A stretch of 52,003 nt of DNA from a virus (lineage: Duplodnaviria; Caudoviricetes). The notes beneath the pieces were generated by a model. The model was not told where the DNA came from. It did not search any database and saw nothing but the letters and a program-made list of their open reading frames with translations. The stretch is from IMG/VR virus record IMGVR_UViG_3300015360_000006, positions 1 to 52,003 of that record, one strand, 5' to 3'. The translations under genes were made by a program, and so were the position numbers. Below are positions 26,504 to 35,672 of the stretch, piece after piece. Numbering within the stretch: position 1 is the stretch's first letter; every line of letters starts with the position of its first letter.

Positions 26504-27037
26504 TTAAGAGGCGCAGGTAGTTATCATCGTTGCGAAGTCTGTGTAAACAAATGGAGGCACACAAACTACAGGGGAAATCTGAGAGCCAGTTACGTCGCAC
26601 GACGTAGTCGGCTGTTCCATGATACCGATTGGAATTGTCCAATCGGAGGAAAGTGTAGAGGGATTAGAAGCGTTGGTCCAGATTTCAATTACAGTTCCAG
26701 CCGGAACTGTCTCGCCAACATAGACAGGCAAAGGCAAGATTTCCGTGGTGCCCTGCCAAAGCTTTACGCGAAACGTAACACCACTGACTACCCAGCGCAA
26801 TACGGCTGCAAATGTGCTGTAAGATCTAGCCAAAGGATAACGAATAGTCCAATGCGTTGCGATGGGCACAGTGTAAATTGCCACGATCTGCGAAGCACCC
26901 GCACCAGAGGGATAGGCATAAGAGAAAGCCGGAATAAGCAGCGTCTGATTCTTACGCTTGGCCGCGCAAGCCTTAATAGCCCCACGAGGCGCGAGCATCG
27001 TGGAGCTTTTGAATAGTAGTCCGTAAGGCTTAGCCAT
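26504..27037 (-). CDS. Hypothetical structural protein
   Basis: 177-aa beta-rich ORF in the late operon. Confidence 0.6.
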   Translation of the reverse strand: MAKPYGLLFKSSTMLAPRGAIKACAAKRKNQTLLIPAFSYAYPSGAGASQIVAIYTVPIATHWTIRYPLARSYSTFAAVLRWVVSGVTFRVKLWQGTTEILPLPVYVGETVPAGTVIEIWTNASNPSTLSSDWTIPIGIMEQPTTSCDVTGSQISPVVCVPPFVYTDFATMITTCAS

Positions 27038-28529
27038 ATTTATCTACGATTTGTCGAAGTCTTGCAGCAAATCTTGCCTCAGTGTAACTTTGCGCGTTAC
27101 GCGCAGAAGCCGCAGCTTTCTCAGCCAAGAGAATCTGATCCGAATATGCCTCACGCATTGCTTGAATCGTACCGCGTTTGCATGGAAAAGCTACCTTACC
27201 CACACCATTATAAACTTCCTTTGGCGACTGTATAAGCTTATGAGGTAGAAGCCAGGATGTTTGTTGACTAGTAAAGTCCGCCGGACCGCCGTAGGGAATG
27301 CAAATGGAGGGGCGACCAGCAGCCATGAGTTCACACAGTGGAAAGTTCCAAGCTTCCGCGCCCGAAAGAAAAATGCCGCAATGATGCTCAGCAAGTAACG
27401 CAAAGTACTTTGCACGATCGAAGTCTTCGTGAATGATAGTAATGCGCTTGTCATAGGTGTAACGCCTTACACAGTGAATAGATTGTTTAATCGTAAGGCT
27501 AACATCGGATTCAGTTGGAAAAGCTTCCGTGAACCACTTGATTAGTTCACCAATTCCTTTTCGCGTCGGAACACCGTTGTCTCTAGCCACGCAAATAAAC
27601 TTGAACGGCCTAGCTGCCGGCATGTGACTGTATGAACCGCTGCCCCATTGCGGCAACACTTCGATTGGTTTGAACCATCCAGCGCGTCTGAACACATCCG
27701 CATTGTGTTCACACGGAACAACTAAGACTGAGGAAGGTTCAACATTGACCAAGCTAGAAATCTCGGAAGATTCCCATGTGGTTAACCTGATGTGTGCACC
27801 GAGCCTAATATTGGCCGGAGCCAAACCTAGTGTAGCATTACCTTTAACAAGCCTTGGCGTTAAAGAGGCATTAACTCCGCGTGCGACGTAGGCATAACCT
27901 GAAGCATCTGTTACATAATCAAATGGATAATCAAAGGTAACACAAGGTTTTGCCTCATACAAAAAATAACCTTGTACGGGTTCGTGAGCTATCGTAATCA
28001 AACGAAATCCAGCCAGCGTAGGAAGCGGGGTAGTACCATGATACTCACCGTAGATTGATAATGCTTTCAGTGCTGAAGGTTCACGCAAGATTTCGTGCTC
28101 CGCACCTTCGCAGTCCAGCTTAAGCAGGAAATTCTTATGTTCTGCGAACACGGACTTAGCTGAAACGATTTTGACCTTCCCAAAATCCCTGATTACGACA
28201 CCGCCACCAGTGTTAGATTTACACGAACTTGCAATGAACTTGCCCTTACCAGAGGTCAGGCCCACGGCCACATTGTGTAGAATAGCTCTGCCAGATTTAA
28301 CAAAAGAATCTAGATTCCTTTGGAGAACTTTGAAGTTTTCAACCTCAGGCTCATAACAGATAACCAAAGGTGCCCCGCGCTTTAGAACTGCAAGCGCGAA
28401 GCTGCCTATATGTGATCCAACGTCAATTACAGTAGACCCTACGTAATCTGGCAAGTTGTACTCATTCTGGGTAAAGACTGATCCAAAGACTTCTTGATCA
28501 ACTGTACCGGGCCTACAGTAAACTCTCAT
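27030..28529 (-). CDS. FkbM-family methyltransferase fused to a GT-B (GT4-like) glycosyltransferase
   Basis: VIDVGSHIGSF, YEP, NVAV, LKLDCEGAE; then RKG..ELI..F, EAWNFPLCELMAAGRP. Confidence 0.88.
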   Translation of the reverse strand: MRVYCRPGTVDQEVFGSVFTQNEYNLPDYVGSTVIDVGSHIGSFALAVLKRGAPLVICYEPEVENFKVLQRNLDSFVKSGRAILHNVAVGLTSGKGKFIASSCKSNTGGGVVIRDFGKVKIVSAKSVFAEHKNFLLKLDCEGAEHEILREPSALKALSIYGEYHGTTPLPTLAGFRLITIAHEPVQGYFLYEAKPCVTFDYPFDYVTDASGYAYVARGVNASLTPRLVKGNATLGLAPANIRLGAHIRLTTWESSEISSLVNVEPSSVLVVPCEHNADVFRRAGWFKPIEVLPQWGSGSYSHMPAARPFKFICVARDNGVPTRKGIGELIKWFTEAFPTESDVSLTIKQSIHCVRRYTYDKRITIIHEDFDRAKYFALLAEHHCGIFLSGAEAWNFPLCELMAAGRPSICIPYGGPADFTSQQTSWLLPHKLIQSPKEVYNGVGKVAFPCKRGTIQAMREAYSDQILLAEKAAASARNAQSYTEARFAARLRQIVDKYG

Positions 28530-28813
28530 CGCACTTTGCCGAGGATGTTGTCGATGGCTTGGAGGGCTTGGACAATGTTGGTTCCGGTGGCGCTTTGACC
28601 AAGGTTTCCGACGCTGGCGGACTGGGAGCCTTCGGTTTGGATTGCTTTGAACTTCGCGAGATCCGACTTACTCGAGAAGAACGTGCGACTCGTGGCAATC
28701 GTGGAGATCTTGGTGTACGATCCGTCATCTAACTTCCTTTCGTCTACCTGCTTGGTGTTGAATGAAGCGCATCCAGCTAACAGCGCAATAACAAGGAGTA
28801 AAGATTTGTGCAT
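28526..28813 (-). CDS. Lipoprotein (possible spanin or exclusion protein)
   Basis: MHKSLLLVIALLAG|C lipobox. Confidence 0.7.
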   Translation of the reverse strand: MHKSLLLVIALLAGCASFNTKQVDERKLDDGSYTKISTIATSRTFFSSKSDLAKFKAIQTEGSQSASVGNLGQSATGTNIVQALQAIDNILGKVR

Positions 28814-28862
28814 AAAATAAGGCGACTTGTTAGGTCGCCTTGTTCGTAGCATTGATTGTACC

Positions 28863-29084
28863 TTATCCACCCTTCTTTTGGCCGAAGTACAAACCTATGG
28901 CCATAGTAGACAGGGTGTAGAGCGGTTCTTTCACTTCGATGCTGTACAGGTGCATGAAACAAACCGTAAGCGTGAGCATAATGGCGAGCAACGCTCTGAC
29001 TGAGACATCAATGTTAAACAGCTTAACAGATGAATCAGCAGGTTTCTCGTCGGCTTCTGGTTTGTTCTCGTCTTGTATGCTCAT
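28863..29084 (-). CDS. Holin-like two-TM protein
   Basis: SVRALLAIMLTLTVC...L...IGLYFGQK. Confidence 0.65.
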   Translation of the reverse strand: MSIQDENKPEADEKPADSSVKLFNIDVSVRALLAIMLTLTVCFMHLYSIEVKEPLYTLSTMAIGLYFGQKKGG

Positions 29085-29097
29085 GATCTTGTGAGTA

Positions 29098-29601
29098 TTA
29101 GATAACTTGTACGTTGTCGATGTACACTGTAACATCCATGAGGGTGTTTGGATTCGTAAAGATGATCCAGATCGCGCCCTTGGCCGTCACCGTGAGCGGG
29201 CCAGTGGTGACCGTCACCCACCCGGCGCTTGAAGACGCGGTGACGATGACGTCGGACGCAATCCCGATGCGCTGATTTCGGGTTACCCGCATGATTGGAG
29301 GCAATCTCGCGACGTTTGTCTGAAGCAGTCGGGCCGAGACAAACTTGGTTCCGTTGTCGATCTTGAGCCGGAACGCTTTGCTGCCGCCGGCTGGCAATCG
29401 AAAGCTTGGCGTCGGATCGCCAACGGCAAAGTCCACGGTGCCGGAGCACATACCGGCAAGCGGTCCGTCCATCGAAGACATAACACGAATCCCGCCGAAT
29501 GGCGTGGTTGGTCGGCGGAACGATCCGCCTGTGCCTGACTGCGTGTTGAACGGAGTCCGGAACCTGCCCAATGGCCCGACTGCATTGTAGGCGATGGACA
29601 T
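29098..29601 (-). CDS. Hypothetical structural protein
   Basis: Beta-rich 167-aa ORF in the fibre cluster. Confidence 0.6.
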   Translation of the reverse strand: MSIAYNAVGPLGRFRTPFNTQSGTGGSFRRPTTPFGGIRVMSSMDGPLAGMCSGTVDFAVGDPTPSFRLPAGGSKAFRLKIDNGTKFVSARLLQTNVARLPPIMRVTRNQRIGIASDVIVTASSSAGWVTVTTGPLTVTAKGAIWIIFTNPNTLMDVTVYIDNVQVI

Positions 29602-29604
29602 AGG

Positions 29605-30585
29605 CTAGACGGAGAAAGGGACAGCCGAGGTTTCAAACGCGCCAAGCCCAGTGCTAGCTACGGTGCCCGTGTTGATGTTGGTAACCCTGTGGCAAATGAA
29701 GGTTTTACCCGACAAGTCGCCAGTGCCGTTGACTTGGTCGAACTCTGCGTATGTTGGAATCGAAGCCGTATTGACGGGGATTGTGTTGATACCCCTCAGA
29801 TGTCCGCGCAATACATTCCCTGTGTCCCTCAGTACGTGAGGGCCGAGGACCCAGATCATGCCGTCCGTTGGGTTAGGGTATGCCATTGGTCCACTGAACA
29901 CAGTCTGCGATGAAGTGGCCAGCCCTGGAATGATTGCATTCAACGCTCGTGGGTCATAGACGCCTAGATGCGTCCCGCTAATGTAACCGCTACTCCAAGA
30001 CCCAGGAAGTACAGTGGAGAAATTGAACAGCCTTTCAGCGGTTTGCACAGAGTTCTCGACCTCCCGCGCCGAGATGAACGCACCCATGGCGTCGGCCGTC
30101 AGATAGCTAAAGATGTCTCCGAAGTAACATGCTGATCCGTAAGTCACACCCGCAACGAGGTCCCCGGTTTGAATGACGATGATGCACGTCTTGTCGTCGG
30201 CCAAGATCATCCACGGGCGCGCAGTAGAGTCCGCAGTGGTAGACTTGCGAATGAACAGTCCGTTCGCAAACTGGGCAACGGTCGGCACCGGCAACGTGCC
30301 AGTGTCCACATCCGTCATAGTTTTATAAAGGACGACGCGTGACTCACGGGCACCTCCAGCACCCGGACCGTCATCTTGGACGCGAAGGTACGTGCGGGCG
30401 ATAGACGCTGCACCATTACGGTACGCGGCCTTGCTTGCTCCACTGAACGCCTTGGTCCATCCAGCGGCGGCCTTGGCTCCGTATCCGTTCACCAATACGG
30501 CGTCGAGCACCGTGATTGAAGATGCCGCCGTCCCGTTCCATACCGGCGCGCTCGCGTCTGTCGATCTGTAAACATCCCAAGCCAT
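29605..30585 (-). CDS. Tail fibre-associated structural protein
   Basis: YRSTDASAP.....VLDAVLVNGYG.K.AAGW N-terminus, recalled from phage tail modules. Confidence 0.6.
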   Translation of the reverse strand: MAWDVYRSTDASAPVWNGTAASSITVLDAVLVNGYGAKAAAGWTKAFSGASKAAYRNGAASIARTYLRVQDDGPGAGGARESRVVLYKTMTDVDTGTLPVPTVAQFANGLFIRKSTTADSTARPWMILADDKTCIIVIQTGDLVAGVTYGSACYFGDIFSYLTADAMGAFISAREVENSVQTAERLFNFSTVLPGSWSSGYISGTHLGVYDPRALNAIIPGLATSSQTVFSGPMAYPNPTDGMIWVLGPHVLRDTGNVLRGHLRGINTIPVNTASIPTYAEFDQVNGTGDLSGKTFICHRVTNINTGTVASTGLGAFETSAVPFSV

Positions 30586-30597
30586 AAATAATAATTG

Positions 30598-30789
30598 TTA
30601 AACGATGTCTGGAACCGGACCCCCGGTTTCATCTGCGTAAGTGAATGTGAAAAATGATCCCGTGGTCGGGCCGCCTGATTCATCCGAGTAGTCGAACGTA
30701 AGCTGACCATCAGGCCCCGTCGGAATGGTCGTTCCGGCAATCCGCGGGCCTGCCAAAATTCCCATCAACGGCGGAAGGAGTGCAATCAT
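30598..30789 (-). CDS. Small hypothetical protein
   Basis: 63 aa; internal repeat F.Y.DE.GGP twice. Confidence 0.55.
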   Translation of the reverse strand: MIALLPPLMGILAGPRIAGTTIPTGPDGQLTFDYSDESGGPTTGSFFTFTYADETGGPVPDIV

Positions 30790-31391
30790 TGGACGTCTCC
30801 TGCCAGCACGTAGTCGGATGTCAATCCAATACGTTTGATGGTTGCGACGGCATATGCGCCTGTGGTTTTCGTCGCGCCCTGTCGGTTCACCACCGTCGCT
30901 CCACCGATACCCACAACGGTGATCTTGCCAGCGCCCATCTGATAGAGAGCAAAACTGAATCCCACCGGAAGCCCTGAGCCCGGGATTGTAATCGTGAAAT
31001 CGGAGATCTTATCACCGTTGATCCACTTGGCATTGTCACTGGATGTAACGGTGACTGCATCAGTAACGGTGCGCTCCGATGCAGCGAAGTTAAAGATAAG
31101 ACCACCAAGGAAATCGGATGGAATTCCGATAGCCAGTGTCACTGGCACCCAAGCAGTTCCATCCCATTGCGCAATTTGACCAATCGTCGCACCACTTTGC
31201 GTAAGCGTAGAAAGAGTCTGAGTTACCGCGCCAAGGGCTGTGATGGTAACAGCGCCAGTGTCCTGATCGATGGTAATGCCACTGCCGGCGACGATCGATG
31301 TGACGCCACCGAGATCAACGCCGACACTGCGCTGTTCAAGCGCAGTGATCCGCGAGTCGACTGAAACTTTTGTGAATGTGTAAGCCGTCAC
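30786..31391 (-). CDS. Fibre-like protein
   Basis: GVTSIVAGSGITI, QIAQWDGTAW, C-terminal Q.GAG.IT fibre tip. Confidence 0.65.
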   Translation of the reverse strand: MTAYTFTKVSVDSRITALEQRSVGVDLGGVTSIVAGSGITIDQDTGAVTITALGAVTQTLSTLTQSGATIGQIAQWDGTAWVPVTLAIGIPSDFLGGLIFNFAASERTVTDAVTVTSSDNAKWINGDKISDFTITIPGSGLPVGFSFALYQMGAGKITVVGIGGATVVNRQGATKTTGAYAVATIKRIGLTSDYVLAGDVQ

Positions 31392-31795
31392 AACGCCTTG
31401 CTAAGTTCTGCCGCCTGCCGAAACACACCATCCAACTCAATGTCGTTCAATCTAACAGATCCAGACAGCTCATGTTTTCGACCGATGATTTGGCCGTGCG
31501 CCCAGTACACTTTCAGATGCGTTCGCTTTGGTTGATCGAGCAGCGCAATGTATTGGTCCACTCCCTCATCAAGACCCATGGCAGTAAGCACGGCGCGGAA
31601 CGTCCAAAGTGGGACCTCACTCGGCACAGGCTCCGGAGGTACCTTGACCGGAGGGACAAGCGCAGGGTTTAACGCCTTCCACTTGTCCATGTCGGCGATG
31701 TCAACAAACGTGATGAATCCGTCCGGGACGGATCCAACGTGATCCTTGGACGTGATACGGTCAGGCCATCCGTTTAGCAGTTTCGCGAGAATCAT
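31388..31795 (-). CDS. Putative fibre assembly chaperone (135 aa)
   Basis: ATG at 31795 overlaps the fibre stop; VPSEV..W.FR...L...W......R pattern. Confidence 0.55.
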   Translation of the reverse strand: MILAKLLNGWPDRITSKDHVGSVPDGFITFVDIADMDKWKALNPALVPPVKVPPEPVPSEVPLWTFRAVLTAMGLDEGVDQYIALLDQPKRTHLKVYWAHGQIIGRKHELSGSVRLNDIELDGVFRQAAELSKAL

Positions 31796-32985
31796 GATAC
31801 TGATTGGGTTCCGGCAGTGTCGGTTGTGGTGAAGGTAACGCCTCGGAACCATTTTCGGTTCGCCACCCTGGTCGCTGTCCCAAGGTTTTTCACACCGCAA
31901 TGCACTGGCTGCAATTGCGACGTTCCCGAGAGTGTGACCAGTTCGTTTACATGGGTCACTAAGCTTGCCCCGTAATTGCCCGCAGTAGCCACGCGAGCGC
32001 GCCCATAACCAGCGGCGGCACCAAGCGGCTCCCATGTAGCAATCATGAAACCATGGCCAGTCGCAGCAGTGCCGGTGTCGACTGCCGAAATCAAAGTCGA
32101 ACTGGCTCGGACAACTGCCCACAGGTTGGAGTTATTGATTCCAAGCCCAAGGGAATTGTAGTCGTCCATGACTAGGCTGATCATGTCAGCCTGAAGATTC
32201 GCAACGGCAGTGGCTTGATAACTTTCGATCCCGACTCTCCACTGCCATTGATCGGTTGCTGTTGAATTTGCCGCTGAATTGGAGACTCGAGACAGCACAG
32301 TACCCATAGCGCGCTGCTGGGCCGTGCCAAATGACGCATTTGACCGGAAGAACGGAACCGCCCTCGCTGCCGAGTTAAGCGCAGTTACTTGCATGTTCCT
32401 AGTATTCATGGGCTCCGCTGCGCTGGCCAGACTGTCCAGCAAAGCACCGCCCGTAACCCAACCAGTCAGCCCGCTGACGTTCTGCGACGTCTCGCCAGTA
32501 GTCGTAATGAACGGACTGGTTAGCGCGCCGTAATTCCTTCGGCAGATTTCAAGCGTGTACAGCAAGAAGTCCGTTGTGATTAAAACACTGTCAGTGAGTG
32601 TGATCCATTGATTCCTGCGCGGATTCCATGTGACATAATCACCAAATCCGTACACCGCGTTCAGGTTGCTCGTGATGCAATCAGAGCACCATATCATGGC
32701 CAATCCAGCCGAATCCGAATTGGAAAGCGCTGCCAATCCCGCAACGGTCCATTGCCGGCTATGTCCAATGTTTCTGCGCACTACTATTTCCTGCGCAGAT
32801 GTCGGAGACTGAGCGGCATCAAATCGTGGAAATGCTGCGGCTTGCGCCGTAGACACCGGCTTATCTGCGTCCGCCGTGTTGTCCACGTTGCCGAGCCCTA
32901 CCTCTGACGGGATATGCGTGTGCGGGCCGCCTCCGCCACCTCCGCCGCCTGAAACTTGTGGGACCGCAAATGTTGTACGACTCAT
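31792..32985 (-). CDS. Tail fibre / receptor-binding protein
   Basis: HTH..EVGLGNVDNTADADKPVSTAQAAA fibre motif, RRNIG. Confidence 0.75.
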   Translation of the reverse strand: MSRTTFAVPQVSGGGGGGGGPHTHIPSEVGLGNVDNTADADKPVSTAQAAAFPRFDAAQSPTSAQEIVVRRNIGHSRQWTVAGLAALSNSDSAGLAMIWCSDCITSNLNAVYGFGDYVTWNPRRNQWITLTDSVLITTDFLLYTLEICRRNYGALTSPFITTTGETSQNVSGLTGWVTGGALLDSLASAAEPMNTRNMQVTALNSAARAVPFFRSNASFGTAQQRAMGTVLSRVSNSAANSTATDQWQWRVGIESYQATAVANLQADMISLVMDDYNSLGLGINNSNLWAVVRASSTLISAVDTGTAATGHGFMIATWEPLGAAAGYGRARVATAGNYGASLVTHVNELVTLSGTSQLQPVHCGVKNLGTATRVANRKWFRGVTFTTTDTAGTQSVS

Positions 32986-33293
32986 TTTGAAAATTTGTCC
33001 AGCGTCTCTTGACTACGCTTTAGTTGATATCTACTCTCGGAAAGCACCTCTGAGTTATGGCGCATGGCGGAAGTGTTAGCTTCCACAACCTCACTCAAAT
33101 GTTGCATAGACTGTTCTCGCTTAGCTGATTGCTCCCTGATTTCCTTACGCAACTCAATAGAGTCCTCTCTAACCATTTTCAGGAAATAGCAACCAACCAG
33201 AAAGACGACCAACCCTAGAAACCAAACCTGTGTAGCAATAGAAGACGCTGCTATATTTGCAGCAGCATCAAGAGGATCTGATGCAGCAAGCAT
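32982..33293 (-). CDS. Single-TM coiled-coil protein (holin-like)
   Basis: One TM helix followed by a charged coiled coil. Confidence 0.55.
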   Translation of the reverse strand: MLAASDPLDAAANIAASSIATQVWFLGLVVFLVGCYFLKMVREDSIELRKEIREQSAKREQSMQHLSEVVEANTSAMRHNSEVLSESRYQLKRSQETLDKFSK

Positions 33294-33299
33294 AATGGT

Positions 33300-33626
33300 T
33301 TAGCGGATTACATGGATGTGGAAAACACCGGACAAAGTGACAGAATTGCTAGCATGAGCGTTGGAAACAATAACAGTTGCATTTCCTGCACTAGAAAAAC
33401 CAATGGCAGTCAGAATTGGGGTGGCAAAAACAGGACGCGACAACACCATGCAATCGCCGGTCACGAGACCGGGGACAGTCACACCGATGGTGACCTCTTC
33501 GCCGGCGGCAATAACATCAGTCGGACTAAATGCCACACGACTCTTGTTGTTTGGAGCGCGCTGCTCAAGGGACAAGATCCTGGAAGCCAGAGCCTTGGCG
33601 ATCTGTAGAAATTTATAGCCAGTCAT
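33300..33626 (-). CDS. Short fibre/decoration-like protein
   Basis: SRILSLEQR coil plus VTVPGL..GD beta domain. Confidence 0.6.
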   Translation of the reverse strand: MTGYKFLQIAKALASRILSLEQRAPNNKSRVAFSPTDVIAAGEEVTIGVTVPGLVTGDCMVLSRPVFATPILTAIGFSSAGNATVIVSNAHASNSVTLSGVFHIHVIR

Positions 33627-33647
33627 ATGATTAAGTATTAATGAACC

Positions 33648-33683
33648 AAGAAACCAAAGGAAGCTTACAGTTGCCTGTAAGCT
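33648..33683 (-). terminator. Terminator-like hairpin after the capsid gene pair
   Basis: Minus strand AGCTTACAG-gcaa-CTGTAAGCT then TCCTTTGGTTTCTT. Confidence 0.6.
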
Positions 33684-33696
33684 CTTGTTTGATCGC

Positions 33697-34191
33697 TTAG
33701 TTATTGGGGATGTAGGTAGCGTTATAACTACCAGTACCGAGTGCCCTGATCACAAAGCCGAAGGTATAGCCAGCCGAGCGAGTAGGTTCCCACACAACAG
33801 TGGAGTTCGCCGGAACGGTGACAGTGTATAGACGTTTCATCTCCAAGGTGGCAGATGCAACAGTCGTGACGACAGAAGCGCGAACCGTGTTAGTAATGGA
33901 CTCAATGCGACCCAAAGCGTTGGTGACGCTGGAGACTTCATTGGTCGTGTAGAACGTGCGCCGCTGGAAAGAGGGCTTAACTCGATTGGTCGTCGAACTC
34001 GAATCCGAATCGTACACGATAAACGTGTTAGCCGCACCAGAGGTGTCAGTGAGCTGCAAATAAACCAGCTGCCCAGGGTCGGAACTGATGACGTTATTCG
34101 TAACGGCGAGATTCGCACTCGCCATGGTCTGGGCAACGGCGGTCGAAGTGAGCGCAAACAGCGCGAGAAACAATACAAAGAAGTACTTCAT
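33697..34191 (-). CDS. Signal-peptide-bearing, Thr/Ser-rich protein after the capsid gene (164 aa)
   Basis: MKYFFVLFLALFALTSTAVA|Q; true start 34191. Confidence 0.75.
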   Translation of the reverse strand: MKYFFVLFLALFALTSTAVAQTMASANLAVTNNVISSDPGQLVYLQLTDTSGAANTFIVYDSDSSSTTNRVKPSFQRRTFYTTNEVSSVTNALGRIESITNTVRASVVTTVASATLEMKRLYTVTVPANSTVVWEPTRSAGYTFGFVIRALGTGSYNATYIPNN

Positions 34192-34217
34192 AGAATTAAG
34201 TTGATTGACTTGGAGGA

Positions 34218-35510
34218 TTACCAGCTGAGCGCGGAGTTCGGATCGCGGCGATAGATGATAGGAATCACGTTGTAAGGGTTCGCAGGCATAACGCCGTGAA
34301 CGGTGGAAGCGATCAACTTGATCAGCTCGTCCCACGTGTTGGCTTCCACATTGCCAGCGGAATCCTTGATCAGGAAATTCCGCGTAGCCTGAACCTGACC
34401 ATTCCAGTTCAACGCATTGAATTTGTTTGCCGTGGAGCCTTGGCCGGTGAAGCTGGCAGGAGGAGGTCCAACGTCAATGGTCTGAATCGGATTCCAACCA
34501 ATCAGGTAAGCAACACTGACAGGAGCCTTGCGGTACGCTTCAGTGAAACGGGTGATGTAACCCTTATCACCGGAGTAGTTCGCGGCATTGTACTCCTGCT
34601 CGACCTGAATGTCAGGCATCGTACCATCTTCGTTGTAACGCTCGGGGTACGGCGTAGAGCGGAAGACGATGTTATCCGAGATGGCTCCAGAGAATCGGCT
34701 GTTGAGCAGATTCATCGCAAGGGGCCGAACGGCATTGACCGTCGGATCGTAGGTCAGGCGAGTGAGCAACTCATTGTCGCCCGCGAGAATCCACTTACCT
34801 TTGACCAACTCATTGTCGCCTGGGTTGCCCTTCTTCCAGCCGTCGCTGGGCGCAATACCCAGACTGTTCTGGGCAAGATCACGAATCGCACAGATGGTGC
34901 GAAAGTCCAGCGTACCCGTGCCGAGCTCCTGGATCTTGGCTGCCATCCAGTTAGTATCCTTGACACTGGCGGTGGGATCGCTGGGATCACCAAACGGCAC
35001 AGACTCATCATATGCCGAATCGGCGGAACCGCCGCGGCCCACGATGTAGACGTGGCGAGCAAGATTGAACAACTGATCGCGAATGAAGAAGTCGTTGCAG
35101 ATGGCAATCTGCGTAGCGAGATCCTTCATCTGGAACATGATGTTCTTGCGGAAGTCCCGGAAATCAGGCAGCCAGTGAATCTGCTGAGACATGTACTTGT
35201 GCCGCTTGACACGCGCCTGATTCTGCAGCTCACGATTGCGGTACGTGTTGATCTTCGCAACCTCAGTGATGTTGTTGGGGCGATGGGTCTGCGAAGTGAC
35301 AGGCGAGGACTGGGGCATCACACCGATGATGATGTCGCCATTGTTCTGCTTGAACTTGAGGGAGGAGAACATAGTCCCCCAGGTGGAGACATACTCGTAG
35401 GTGCTCTTCTCCTGATAAGCCATCTGAACAGGAAGCCGAGCAAACGCTGCGGTGTCCTGAACAGAATAGTTGACGTCCGTTGGAGGCGTGAGTCCGATCG
35501 TAGTAGGCAT
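34218..35510 (-). CDS. Major capsid protein
   Basis: 430 aa, directly after the scaffold, with its own promoter and strong codon bias (open antisense frame). Confidence 0.75.
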   Translation of the reverse strand: MPTTIGLTPPTDVNYSVQDTAAFARLPVQMAYQEKSTYEYVSTWGTMFSSLKFKQNNGDIIIGVMPQSSPVTSQTHRPNNITEVAKINTYRNRELQNQARVKRHKYMSQQIHWLPDFRDFRKNIMFQMKDLATQIAICNDFFIRDQLFNLARHVYIVGRGGSADSAYDESVPFGDPSDPTASVKDTNWMAAKIQELGTGTLDFRTICAIRDLAQNSLGIAPSDGWKKGNPGDNELVKGKWILAGDNELLTRLTYDPTVNAVRPLAMNLLNSRFSGAISDNIVFRSTPYPERYNEDGTMPDIQVEQEYNAANYSGDKGYITRFTEAYRKAPVSVAYLIGWNPIQTIDVGPPPASFTGQGSTANKFNALNWNGQVQATRNFLIKDSAGNVEANTWDELIKLIASTVHGVMPANPYNVIPIIYRRDPNSALSW

Positions 35511-35655
35511 ATTAGTTGAAACTTATCGGTGGAAATAAAAAAAAAACCACCGATGGATTAATTACGGGAACTTTTGAGGTTCACCGCAATATCACCATAG
35601 GTGGCTATTGCTGGTCTGCGAGAGACTCGCAGAATACTTACTCTAGGACTATTTT

Positions 35656-35672
35656 TGCTGGAAGTATGCCAA
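35656..35672 (-). promoter_or_regulatory. Sigma54 (-24/-12) promoter for the capsid gene
   Basis: Minus strand TTGGCATA-CTTC-CAGC-A (GG-N10-GC), immediately after the scaffold stop. Confidence 0.7.

Noticed and set aside
34296-35519. 407-aa + strand ORF opposite the capsid gene, and similar antisense ORFs (37142-38095, 18862-19878, 47251-47994)
   Set aside because: Shadow ORFs from codon bias of the sense genes; no motifs, and opposite to operon direction
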